Of a stretch of DNA of 64,000 nt, positions 29,706 to 38,412 are shown one piece after another (positions within the stretch are counted from its first letter, which is position 1; every line of letters starts with the position of its first letter). The position numbers were made by a program, and so were the translations under genes. The notes below the pieces were generated by a model. The model saw only the letters and a program-made list of their open reading frames with translations, did no database searches and was not told where the DNA came from. Source of the stretch: a virus; the IMG/VR virus record IMGVR_UViG_3300047546_002006, positions 15,219-79,218 of that record. One strand, given 5' to 3'.

Positions 29706-29877
29706 CAGCGTTTACGTTCCACAGATAGCTATCCCTGGAGCGCGTCTCGGGAAACGCTGCGTAGTGAGGACCCAGCTTCAGGGTGCCGTCATCCCGGTAC
29801 TTGAACAAGGTTTTCTTGTCAATGCCGAGAAGCTCTTCTGCTTGCTGGGCCGAGACCCAACCTGGATGCTTAGCCAT
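29656..29877 (-). CDS. Excisionase/MerR-like HTH protein
   Basis: WVSAQQAEELLGIDKKTLFKYRDDGTLKLGPHY. Confidence 0.8.
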   Translation of the reverse strand: MAKHPGWVSAQQAEELLGIDKKTLFKYRDDGTLKLGPHYAAFPETRSRDSYLWNVNAVRKHLRKIEQPVAAAA

Positions 29878-30012
29878 AGGTAAGCAAATGTGTACTTCCA
29901 TACAGTACGGAGTAAAACGACCTTGTCAAGGGTCTTAATTAAAGCTTTATCTCTTCTTGCAAGCTAAGTAACGTGTGTTGAAATTAGAATAAATTAACGG
30001 CAACTAAAGAGT

Positions 30013-30351
30013 ATGTATTGCAACGAGCATGAGCCTCTCGCCCTGCTAGTTGAATTAACTCCTAAATTGGCTAAGAAAAAATTTCGTGAAAGTATTTATC
30101 AGGCTTGGAATAATAAATGCGGTTACTGCCAGGAACAAGCAACAAGCCTAGATCATATTGTTCCACGGTTTAAATCAGGCTCGTCTAATCGCCATAATTT
30201 ATTACCTTGTTGCAGGAAGTGCAATGCAAATAAAGGTTCAGAAGACATGAAAACATGGTACGAAAAACAAGAGTTTTTTTCTTTAGAAAAACTTGATAGG
30301 ATTGAAGCCTGGACCAGGCAAACATCAGTATTTATTTTTGGTGACGTTTAA
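30013..30351 (+). CDS. HNH endonuclease
   Basis: CGYC...SLDHIVP...GSSNRHNLLPCCRKCNANKG. Confidence 0.92.
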   Translation: MYCNEHEPLALLVELTPKLAKKKFRESIYQAWNNKCGYCQEQATSLDHIVPRFKSGSSNRHNLLPCCRKCNANKGSEDMKTWYEKQEFFSLEKLDRIEAWTRQTSVFIFGDV

Positions 30352-33300
30352 TGGCTTATTGGGATCCAAAGCAGGGATGGCAAGTTCTTTCTTATTCAAC
30401 CGACTACAAAACAAACTACACAACAGTCGATCCATTAGCTTTATATCCATATAAAACTGTCAATGATTTTTTTGTAGAAGCGCCATATAAAACAATTACA
30501 GATTTTGAAACGCTTTTTCCTTATAAAACTGCAGCGGACATTGCCGCTGGCTTTACGCCAAAAACGGCCGATGATTTTCTTGCATTATTTCCCAATAAAA
30601 CAGATCAAGATTTTGCAGATCAATATCCAGCTAACAGGCCAACAACGGTAACTTTCTGGACAAAAATTGATTCAGATGGCAACAGACAAATAAGCTGGAC
30701 AGAGCCAAATAAACCAGCTAATTGGAATCAAAAAAGCATCACATACCAAGGAACGCTTAAACAACAGTTTTCTGACGGCTTCCGCAATAGTTTAAGTGAC
30801 AATCAAAAGGACTTACTTTTAGCTAAAATTGCCGAATTAAACACAAATAACACAAGCAATTTAAACGATATTGACGCCAGAACTATTGCAGTTAATACGT
30901 ATAATCAGCAACAAGCACTATTAAGAGATCAACAAGCAAATACTTACAATACAGAGGAACAACAGGCTGGACAACAAACTCTAGCGGAATACAATCAACA
31001 ACAAGACCAACGGAGGCAGGAAGCGTTAACTACATTTAATCAGAATCAAGATACGCTTCGCCAACAATTAGCTTCAATCTACAATCAAGGGCAAGACACT
31101 CTTCGCGCCACAGCACAAAGTAACAATTTAACTGCAGCAGACATCAATCAAAAAAATCTTCAACTTAATCAGAAAAACCAGATACTTAACGAATGGAGCC
31201 AGGAAGTAGTTAATTATTTACAGGGTAGCAAAACAGGAACTCCAAACAATCCTGCATATGTATCTACGCGAGATGGATTGCCTACTCAAAAATTATCTAA
31301 TTTATTGTCGCAAGGATTAATAACACAGAATGAATATGACACTTACGTTAATACAGCAAAAAGTGGATTTAAAGCTTATTACTTAATTAATAGATTATCT
31401 CCTTGGAATCCCAAGGAAGGACTGCAACCTCCCACGGGGGTATTTAACTCATTGTATTACCGTACCCGGACCGGTGATATAGGAAACAGTGTTGATCAAC
31501 GATTTAACGCCGCATTGCAAAATGATGATTTAGATATTTTGGGTCGTTTTGATCGCGATCTTTACGCACATTATCATTACACTACTGTCGGAAATAAACT
31601 GGGTGCACGTGGAAACGATGTAGACGACGCACAACTTGTACAAAAGTATGCAGAATTTTTAACTGATGCAGATTATCAACTTTATAGGGATCGCGTTCTT
31701 GGCGTAGGTGACCAATCTTTACTTGGTGAGCAGGTATCTCAGTTAACAACAGAAGAAGAACAACAAAAAGAAAAAATGTTTGGCGCAATGACGCTAGACG
31801 CACTAAAAGAATCACTCCAGGCTTTGCAAAACGCAAAAGCACAAGAACAGCAATTTGATTTATATGCACAACTAGACGGATTTAAAGAAATTACAACATT
31901 AAATCAAGATATCAGTGCGTCTATTCTTGGTGATTTTGGTGCAGGCGGCATCATGGGTTGGATGGGAGGACAAGAAGATACAGAAGAAAAGTTTTCAAAA
32001 GAATTAGGAAAAATTACTGGAATCCCAAGTCGCAGCACGGCTGTATATAACTGGCAAAAGTGGTTTGATGAACAATTGACTACAAAGTACAAGGAAGGAA
32101 CAACTTTCCAGGATCTGGAAGACCCCACTAAAACCTATGTGTTGGATAAAGAATTTGCGGATAAGTACATTAATACTTACTTGAAGCCACGCTTTGATGC
32201 TTCCAAGTCAATGTCCGAATTTACAAGTTATCTGGATGTGTCACAAGCAGAACAAAACATATTCCGAACCCAAAGCTCTATTAGCGCATTAAAAGATATT
32301 GCAGATTTAAGGGCTAAGGCGTATTTAGATCAAATTTATCAGCAGTCCAATACGCAAAAATCAAATTTTGATCCTGCGTTTTATTTAAATCCGACAGGTA
32401 ATTTTAGTGCAGATGATCCAAAGCTTGCTAAATATGCCGAACAAAAAGCAAAAGTTGATTCAGATTATCAATTAGCCAAATCTAATCCCAATACTGTTGT
32501 TGAAGGCGTAGGAAAAACATGGGCACAACTTGCATATCAATATGGTTTAGATATCAACGATCCACTGCAATTTGCCAGATTACATTATGAAGTTGTGGGT
32601 GGACCTAAATATAATTTTGACGGCGCAAGAGACGTTTTAACATTTCAAGATGCAAATCAATATATTCAAAATACAATATTGCCGCAAATTTTAGAGGAGA
32701 AAAACAATCTTGGCGATGTAACATTTATGAATTTTGTGACGCCAGAATCTTTTGCTGATGAGCTTTTGCGTGGCGTAAATCCTGAAACAAACAAAGAAGA
32801 ATGGAATAAACTACTTGAGTCCCAGGGGTTGGCAGGTAGCGATGCTGGCATAGATGAAGTAAGGCAATATATCATCGATTCTTTTAGGACTAATGCCGCG
32901 CAACAAATTCGAGAATCTATTAAGTACTTAAACGAGAAAAGGTTGCGTCCAACACAAGAAAGGTTGGGAGTTGATTATATTGAAAGGACCAGTGACGCAG
33001 CAACAACTGGTTCGCCAGAAGAAACCGAATTATACAAAGTGTTTCGCAATGCTGGTTACCAAGGAACAGAAGATGATTTTTATAACTCTTTTATGACTGA
33101 TATTGATAGAGGAGAAATGGAATTATTTACACAAGGAAGTAAAGCTGGTGGAATTCAATTAGGCGGCAGTTACTCAGGATTGACCAGTAGTGATCCCTTT
33201 GAAAGCATGGCATCAATGGAAAGTTTATTTGACAACGCAAAAGAAACAACAACAGAAGATAAACAAGCGCCTAGTTACTTTAGACTGTTTGATGAAGAGG

Positions 33301-33380
33301 ATACAGATGACGATTACAAGTCTGCAACAGGACAAAAAATTCTTGGTGAATTTACATCGATGTTTAAAGGATTTAGCTAA
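30351..33380 (+). CDS. Large putative virion protein with internal repeats
   Basis: 1009 aa; 12-aa and 15-aa repeat blocks; FNSLYY/FDPAFYL...HY motifs. Confidence 0.65.
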   Translation: MAYWDPKQGWQVLSYSTDYKTNYTTVDPLALYPYKTVNDFFVEAPYKTITDFETLFPYKTAADIAAGFTPKTADDFLALFPNKTDQDFADQYPANRPTTVTFWTKIDSDGNRQISWTEPNKPANWNQKSITYQGTLKQQFSDGFRNSLSDNQKDLLLAKIAELNTNNTSNLNDIDARTIAVNTYNQQQALLRDQQANTYNTEEQQAGQQTLAEYNQQQDQRRQEALTTFNQNQDTLRQQLASIYNQGQDTLRATAQSNNLTAADINQKNLQLNQKNQILNEWSQEVVNYLQGSKTGTPNNPAYVSTRDGLPTQKLSNLLSQGLITQNEYDTYVNTAKSGFKAYYLINRLSPWNPKEGLQPPTGVFNSLYYRTRTGDIGNSVDQRFNAALQNDDLDILGRFDRDLYAHYHYTTVGNKLGARGNDVDDAQLVQKYAEFLTDADYQLYRDRVLGVGDQSLLGEQVSQLTTEEEQQKEKMFGAMTLDALKESLQALQNAKAQEQQFDLYAQLDGFKEITTLNQDISASILGDFGAGGIMGWMGGQEDTEEKFSKELGKITGIPSRSTAVYNWQKWFDEQLTTKYKEGTTFQDLEDPTKTYVLDKEFADKYINTYLKPRFDASKSMSEFTSYLDVSQAEQNIFRTQSSISALKDIADLRAKAYLDQIYQQSNTQKSNFDPAFYLNPTGNFSADDPKLAKYAEQKAKVDSDYQLAKSNPNTVVEGVGKTWAQLAYQYGLDINDPLQFARLHYEVVGGPKYNFDGARDVLTFQDANQYIQNTILPQILEEKNNLGDVTFMNFVTPESFADELLRGVNPETNKEEWNKLLESQGLAGSDAGIDEVRQYIIDSFRTNAAQQIRESIKYLNEKRLRPTQERLGVDYIERTSDAATTGSPEETELYKVFRNAGYQGTEDDFYNSFMTDIDRGEMELFTQGSKAGGIQLGGSYSGLTSSDPFESMASMESLFDNAKETTTEDKQAPSYFRLFDEEDTDDDYKSATGQKILGEFTSMFKGFS

Positions 33381-33679
33381 TGGCAGATAAGGCACGCAAA
33401 GCAGCAAAAGCAGCAAAATTACATAAAGATTCAATGGCGTGCAACAAACCACGCCGCACCCCTGGACATCCAACCAAATCACATGTTGTTAAAGCATGTA
33501 AAGGCGGAGAGGAAAAAATTATCAGGTTTGGTCAGCAAGGCGTAGAAGGTGCTGGTAAACACCCAACAACAGAGAAGGACAAAGCAAGGAAACGTTCATA
33601 TTACGCACGGCATAATGCACAAGATCCTAATCCAAGCATCATGTCTGCCAGGTACTGGTCAAACCGTGTAAAGTGGTAG
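33380..33679 (+). CDS. Basic hypothetical phage protein
   Basis: KIIRFGQQG...RSYYARH...SARYWS motif familiar from phage genomes. Confidence 0.75.
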   Translation: MADKARKAAKAAKLHKDSMACNKPRRTPGHPTKSHVVKACKGGEEKIIRFGQQGVEGAGKHPTTEKDKARKRSYYARHNAQDPNPSIMSARYWSNRVKW

Positions 33680-33697
33680 GGCCACTCATTCAATTAC

Positions 33698-33823
33698 ATG
33701 GCAAAACCTAAGTCATCTGCATCCATTAAGATCGAGTCTCGCCCTAAACTAACGCGACAGGGTGATGGCAAGCACTCAAAGCCAAATCATGGTCGCAAGT
33801 TAAGTCGCGGTCAAGGCAAATAA
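33698..33823 (+). CDS. 41-aa basic protein (absent from ORF track)
   Basis: MAKPKSSASIKIESRPKLTRQGDGKHSKPNHGRKLSRGQGK; TRQG...RGQGK pattern seen in cyanophage small proteins. Confidence 0.7.
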   Translation: MAKPKSSASIKIESRPKLTRQGDGKHSKPNHGRKLSRGQGK

Positions 33824-33858
33824 ATTGTGTATGATTGGAAGTAATTATTGTTACTTCC

Positions 33859-34518
33859 ATGTCGGATTTTTCGTCTGCCATTAACATCATTCGTAAATAC
33901 GAAGGATTTAACGAAAAGGCATACCCAGATCCGAACACAGGAGGAGACCCATATACCATCGGGTATGGAAGCCAATTCTATCCCGATGGTTCTCCTGTTA
34001 AAAAGGGACAATGCTGCAGTAAACAAAAGGCACTGGAGTATTTGTTCCATGAGGTCAATGTAATTGAAACTCAGCTTTTGAAATTGAATTTGGGGTTAGA
34101 TGATTGTATGCGTCAAGCCCTAATTTCTTTTATTCACTCGATTGGCTGGGAGCCTTTTTTGTACAGCCATGTTATTGATGCTATTGAGCACGAAGATTTT
34201 TGCGGCGCCACAGAAGAAATGGGCAGATGGATTTTCAATGAAGACCATAAGGTTGTCGGTGGATTACTTGATCGCCGTAGGGAAGAAATTAGTTTATTCC
34301 TCCAGGAAGTTGACGCCAATCCCTGGTCCTCAACAGAAGTTTTGTTGACAGCATTTCGCAATTACACAGCAGCACCACACGAAGTACGCGCTATCAGAGG
34401 TTTAGAAGAAAGCATCAGTCCTTATGTCCTATCAAAATTTGCCAATGATTTTTGTATTGATGACAATCCATGGTCAGATTTTAGTACTGATGACGCAGAT
34501 CTAGTATTTGGCGGCTAG
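33859..34518 (+). CDS. GH24 (T4/P21-type) lysozyme with C-terminal accessory module
   Basis: EGFNEKAYPD...YTIGYG catalytic E/D/T; GLLDRRREE. Confidence 0.9.
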   Translation: MSDFSSAINIIRKYEGFNEKAYPDPNTGGDPYTIGYGSQFYPDGSPVKKGQCCSKQKALEYLFHEVNVIETQLLKLNLGLDDCMRQALISFIHSIGWEPFLYSHVIDAIEHEDFCGATEEMGRWIFNEDHKVVGGLLDRRREEISLFLQEVDANPWSSTEVLLTAFRNYTAAPHEVRAIRGLEESISPYVLSKFANDFCIDDNPWSDFSTDDADLVFGG

Positions 34519-34542
34519 GCTTAGAATAATTGCATTGAGAAC

Positions 34543-34845
34543 ATGCAGAGCGGGATGGAGAGGTCAGTTGAGCCACGGGAATTTGAACTCCCCCTAGAAT
34601 TGCAGTTCTCAATGCGTAAAGCAGAACTTGCTGCGCAAGAAATGACATGGGAGGAGTTGTACTGTGCACTTCTCAATCTGTACCACCAGCGCCTTATGGA
34701 ATGGTACGCTATTAAATCCTTGATGGAAGATGAGAATATTTCTATTGATTTTGATATTCCAACTGAGATTGAGTTAGCAGAACTCGCCGCCGCCTGCATT
34801 GACGACGACGAGGATGAAAACGAAGACGATCTTCAGCCTTTTTGA
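34543..34845 (+). CDS. nblA: NblA-like phycobilisome degradation protein with acidic tail
   Basis: ELPLELQFSMRKAELAAQEMTWEELYCALLNLYHQRLM matches the NblA pattern LSLEQQF..R......MS.EQ....L..LY.Q. Confidence 0.75.
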   Translation: MQSGMERSVEPREFELPLELQFSMRKAELAAQEMTWEELYCALLNLYHQRLMEWYAIKSLMEDENISIDFDIPTEIELAELAAACIDDDEDENEDDLQPF

Positions 34846-35342
34846 ATTTCGTCTAACTGAATCAAGCGATCAATGTACCACTGCGCTTTTTTAAGGGATT
34901 CAGTGCCCCCCTTCAAGCGTTCACGCCATACATATTTTTGAATGTTGCCTTTCAGGTAACCACGATACTCATCTGGTGTTAATGAAGCCTCAATGGCCTC
35001 AATACACTCAATACTCCCACTATCTGTGTAGTGGGTAGGATGATTTACATTATCGCCCTGGAGCACAGGAGCCTCTTCTTTGACAGCCCATGGTACTGGG
35101 CATACGCCACCAGGGCAATCCATTACTTCAGGCACTGGATCTACCGGAGCAAACCACGTCGTTTTGCCGACAACACTCGTTCCTTCTCCGAGGGCGCCTC
35201 CAGTTCCAGTACTAAGCTCTTCGGTCGTGGCGAGGAAGCTGGGTACTGCTCCAGTGCTTCCTCCATCGATGGGATGTAACCCGTCATTCCGGGCCGTTGC
35301 CCCTCGAGATTCAATGGATTCCGATCCAACCCTTGTTCGCAT
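34833..35342 (-). CDS. DUF3310 (T7 gp1.7-like nucleotide kinase family) protein; start uncertain
   Basis: DNVNHPTHY...ECIEAI...GNIQKYVWR..KGG.ESLKKAQWY. Confidence 0.88.
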   Translation of the reverse strand: MRTRVGSESIESRGATARNDGLHPIDGGSTGAVPSFLATTEELSTGTGGALGEGTSVVGKTTWFAPVDPVPEVMDCPGGVCPVPWAVKEEAPVLQGDNVNHPTHYTDSGSIECIEAIEASLTPDEYRGYLKGNIQKYVWRERLKGGTESLKKAQWYIDRLIQLDEIQKG

Positions 35343-35491
35343 GCAACTAAACCGCGATTATACATATCGTACAGCGGCACATCATTTTCTGCGTTATCAA
35401 GGGGTGCGCCAAAATCTTCTTCTGTCAAACAACGACATTTAACTTCGTCCTGAACAAAAGCATCTAAAAATCCAGCTGCAGAATGCATCAC
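35141..35491 (-). CDS. Hypothetical protein
   Basis: 116-aa ORF, overlaps the 5' end of the DUF3310 ORF. Confidence 0.55.
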   Translation of the reverse strand: MMHSAAGFLDAFVQDEVKCRCLTEEDFGAPLDNAENDVPLYDMYNRGLVACEQGLDRNPLNLEGQRPGMTGYIPSMEEALEQYPASSPRPKSLVLELEAPSEKERVLSAKRRGLLR

Positions 35492-35527
35492 AACTAACTA
35501 ACGATTTACTGCTTCTACAATAATAAG

Positions 35528-35902
35528 ATGGCAAATACATATAGCTCTAATTACGATCCACGGATCAGCTCTGGAACTTCCGGGGCAGAAGCATCTGATT
35601 TACGGCCTGAACAGGCATACGACATTGATTTGCGGCGCTTAGATCCAGAGGAGCGAGCCGCTGCATCTTCTTTAAATAAAGACCAAGAACGTATTGGGCG
35701 TTTTATGCGAGCAGCACGAACTGCTGGTGAATACAGACAAAGGGCAAGTATTGATGAACCAATGATTCGTGGCAGAACACCAAGAACAGGTGCAGTTATT
35801 AATGGCGTAGAACTACCAACTAGAGGAGACTCTGGAGGGCGTACCGGTTCAGTTGGATACGCCCGCACTCCTAAATCAATGTTTGGCCAGCCATTTGTTT
35901 AA
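35528..35902 (+). CDS. Hypothetical protein
   Basis: ATG only 6 nt after TACAAT, possibly leaderless. Confidence 0.65.
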   Translation: MANTYSSNYDPRISSGTSGAEASDLRPEQAYDIDLRRLDPEERAAASSLNKDQERIGRFMRAARTAGEYRQRASIDEPMIRGRTPRTGAVINGVELPTRGDSGGRTGSVGYARTPKSMFGQPFV

Positions 35903-36486
35903 ACTTGAGAAAACACCACGTTTTTGGGCTGGTCCTGGTACTTGCCCTTTCGATGCTGATAAGTCACCTCACAAGGTTTACCACGATAGAAAAGAAGCTG
36001 TGTAATACCCTCGTTGGCGTAAATACGATTAAATAATCCAGTGCAATTACTAATCTCTAAGGTCAGATATCCTTCCCAGCCCGATTCGGCAGGAGTGATA
36101 TTAACCAATATCCCTGATCGCGCATAGGTAGATTTACCTACTGCAACAACCGTTACGTCGCCAGGTAACTTTAAACGTTCTTGTGCTACACCAAGACAAT
36201 AACCATATGGAGGCAAGATAAAATAATCACCTCTTTCATCAGACTGCAATTCAGCAGGCTTCAAAATATCAGGTTTAAAATTCTTCGGATCGCATTCCCC
36301 CTCTGAAATCCTTCCAAAAATTAAACATTGCTTGGGAGAAAGGCGGATATCGTAGCCGTAGGAACTGAGGCCATAGCTCAATAGACGACGATTGTCTTCT
36401 TCGTTGACCAGATGGCCAACAAAAGGCTCAATCATGCCTTGTTTTTCGGCCAGCTCACGAATTTCCCAGTCAGCAAGAACGCTCAT
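35899..36486 (-). CDS. dcd: dCTP deaminase
   Basis: SYGLSSYGYDIRL, GKSTYARSG, EGYLTLE, YANEGI.Q, GKYQ.Q motifs. Confidence 0.95.
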   Translation of the reverse strand: MSVLADWEIRELAEKQGMIEPFVGHLVNEEDNRRLLSYGLSSYGYDIRLSPKQCLIFGRISEGECDPKNFKPDILKPAELQSDERGDYFILPPYGYCLGVAQERLKLPGDVTVVAVGKSTYARSGILVNITPAESGWEGYLTLEISNCTGLFNRIYANEGITQLLFYRGKPCEVTYQHRKGKYQDQPKNVVFSQV

Positions 36487-36519
36487 AGTTCCCTGTTATC
36501 GTTTCTTAGTATACAGAAG

Positions 36520-37107
36520 TCAACAAAGAATGCGCCCTTTGTGACCATAGATATCAATAAAATTACTGATTGCCTGATCGGTGTCCGTGGTAGGCGGAAA
36601 ATAAACTAAAAATGAAGTTGCTGTTTTATGCCTCTTTACTTCATTCTCAATTCTTCGCATGAGAATGGGAGCAGTTTTTAAGATGCACACAGGAAAATCA
36701 AATAACTTTTGTTCATAGCGAATCATGTCAGGGCAGTTGGTAAAATAAAGTCCTTGTTTTACTTCTCCTGCCATCCACTCACGGTATAGACGCCGAAACC
36801 ACACAGCATGAGAAGAAGTCAATGTACTAGAAGAAGCTCTGGTCATCTTCCAGCGTTGATTTTTTTCTTCCCAAAAGTAGCATCCACTAGGCGGGAATAA
36901 ATACACATTTCCATACCATGGTTGAGCATTTAAGCCGTCATCCAATGGTGTGTAAAAATGTTTTGCTTCTACATAAGTATTAGCCAATGTAGAGCTTGCA
37001 ACATCAAGATCAATACCGCCCATTAATGCATGAGCGGCTGTAACAAGATCTTTATTTGTAATTAATTCAGCATCTTCTCTGCGAAGACTAGGAACAAATG
37101 TTGTCAT
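36520..37107 (-). CDS. Phage N6-adenine DNA methyltransferase-like protein with degenerate catalytic motif
   Basis: MGGIDLDVASS..AN..V.A..FYT..DDGL...W.GNVYL matches the family, but NPPY reads FPPS. Confidence 0.7.
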   Translation of the reverse strand: MTTFVPSLRREDAELITNKDLVTAAHALMGGIDLDVASSTLANTYVEAKHFYTPLDDGLNAQPWYGNVYLFPPSGCYFWEEKNQRWKMTRASSSTLTSSHAVWFRRLYREWMAGEVKQGLYFTNCPDMIRYEQKLFDFPVCILKTAPILMRRIENEVKRHKTATSFLVYFPPTTDTDQAISNFIDIYGHKGRILC

Positions 37108-37483
37108 CTACTTTGTTATAGTCCACTTCAAAATAACGCATCCCATCAGAATCGTTAATAACATATCCAGCTTTTTCTTTTGGATCGATTTTCTGCGCTG
37201 CAGACAGGATACGCCTAAAACTTTCTGCCATATCGCCGTCATTGGAGCGTTCACACTCTTCTTGTGCAGCATGCAATTCTTTTAATGTTAAGAAAAACAT
37301 GGAACGTTCGCCAGATTCAGGTTGAAACACCATCACTCCTGGGCCTTCCACCTCCCAGAATTTACAGTACTGCTGGCCCATGTCACCAAGGATGAGCCGA
37401 ACTGTTGCATCCAACATACGTGCTTTTGTTTGGTCCATTTTGGGACCAATGACAGAAGCGATTAATTGTTCTCTTTTACTCAT
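37088..37483 (-). CDS. Hypothetical protein
   Basis: 131 aa, coupled in operon. Confidence 0.7.
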   Translation of the reverse strand: MSKREQLIASVIGPKMDQTKARMLDATVRLILGDMGQQYCKFWEVEGPGVMVFQPESGERSMFFLTLKELHAAQEECERSNDGDMAESFRRILSAAQKIDPKEKAGYVINDSDGMRYFEVDYNKVDDNICS

Positions 37484-37944
37484 CGTGCAATTAAATTTTG
37501 TTTGTAGAGGGCTTCCAGTAGCTTAGGCGTTGGCTGGTACATAACAACAAGCTTTCCCAGAGCGCCGCGTTTTTTTAGAAGCTTACCATTTTCATCTCGT
37601 AGTTTATCAAATTCTCCAGAGCGAATGAGATATTCAGCTACACAACGCAGCCGACGTTTCAAAGGCAGCTCTGCCTGGGGAAATTTACCACAAATTGTAT
37701 CTGGCATCATATCTTTAAATGCCAAACGAAGACGATTTGCAAGTGTCATGCCAGAGTTTTCGTCTTCTTCTTCAAATGCATGTAAATTTTCTAAATAACG
37801 TTGCAGACACCCATCATCAAAAGAGCCGTCAGGCGGCAAAAACATTTGCACTTGCAGGGCAAGGGATTTTGGTAGCAGTTCTAAGCAATTAGAAACCGTA
37901 AGGATGGATATATCAACACCCCTAAAACGATATGCCATAATCAA
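37480..37944 (-). CDS. Hypothetical protein, possible winged helix at C-terminus
   Basis: 154 aa, coupled in operon; helix-helix-beta-hairpin pattern is inference. Confidence 0.65.
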   Translation of the reverse strand: MIMAYRFRGVDISILTVSNCLELLPKSLALQVQMFLPPDGSFDDGCLQRYLENLHAFEEEDENSGMTLANRLRLAFKDMMPDTICGKFPQAELPLKRRLRCVAEYLIRSGEFDKLRDENGKLLKKRGALGKLVVMYQPTPKLLEALYKQNLIAR

Positions 37945-38363
37945 AGGCGGCCAAAAGGTTTCACGTTATACAGCTCCTTGCGTGTATTTTCATCGGCGCC
38001 TATTTCTTTGTAGCTAATATCTTTATTTTTTGCAAAGGATTGAATTAATCGGTTCCAGGGGATCCTAATCAATGCCTTGCGTTTGTTATCAGGAGATACA
38101 TTGACATAATGAACACCTTCGACCCATCCTTTCGTTGGTTGTTTTCTGCCAATAGCAATCCAATTTCTTATGGTTTGATCTGAAACTCCAAGCCGGCGAC
38201 CGCATTCTTCAGTTGAAATGTATTCATCTGCATATGCGTCTGGATTGAGGACATCAGTTTCTCCTTCTCCATACCTGCTATGCCAAAGAGAAGAGAGAAT
38301 ATTTTTGATGCCTTTTAATTCGTAGGCAACATCTTCAAATCCTTTACGAATACCGTACTGCAT
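37941..38363 (-). CDS. Excisionase-like HTH DNA-binding protein
   Basis: YISTEECGRRLGVSDQTIRNWI...EGVHY. Confidence 0.8.
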   Translation of the reverse strand: MQYGIRKGFEDVAYELKGIKNILSSLWHSRYGEGETDVLNPDAYADEYISTEECGRRLGVSDQTIRNWIAIGRKQPTKGWVEGVHYVNVSPDNKRKALIRIPWNRLIQSFAKNKDISYKEIGADENTRKELYNVKPFGRL

Positions 38364-38412
38364 GCCAAGACCGTTTTTTAAATGCTAATGTGTAAGAAAA
38401 TCACTTGCAACA

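Noticed and set aside
29229-29901. Functional lysogeny module
   Set aside because: Integrase-like ORF is too short and lacks catalytic residues; no att site or host genes recognised
30351-33380. Tape measure protein
   Set aside because: Lacks typical TMP Ala/Gly periodicity and upstream tail tube or chaperone genes
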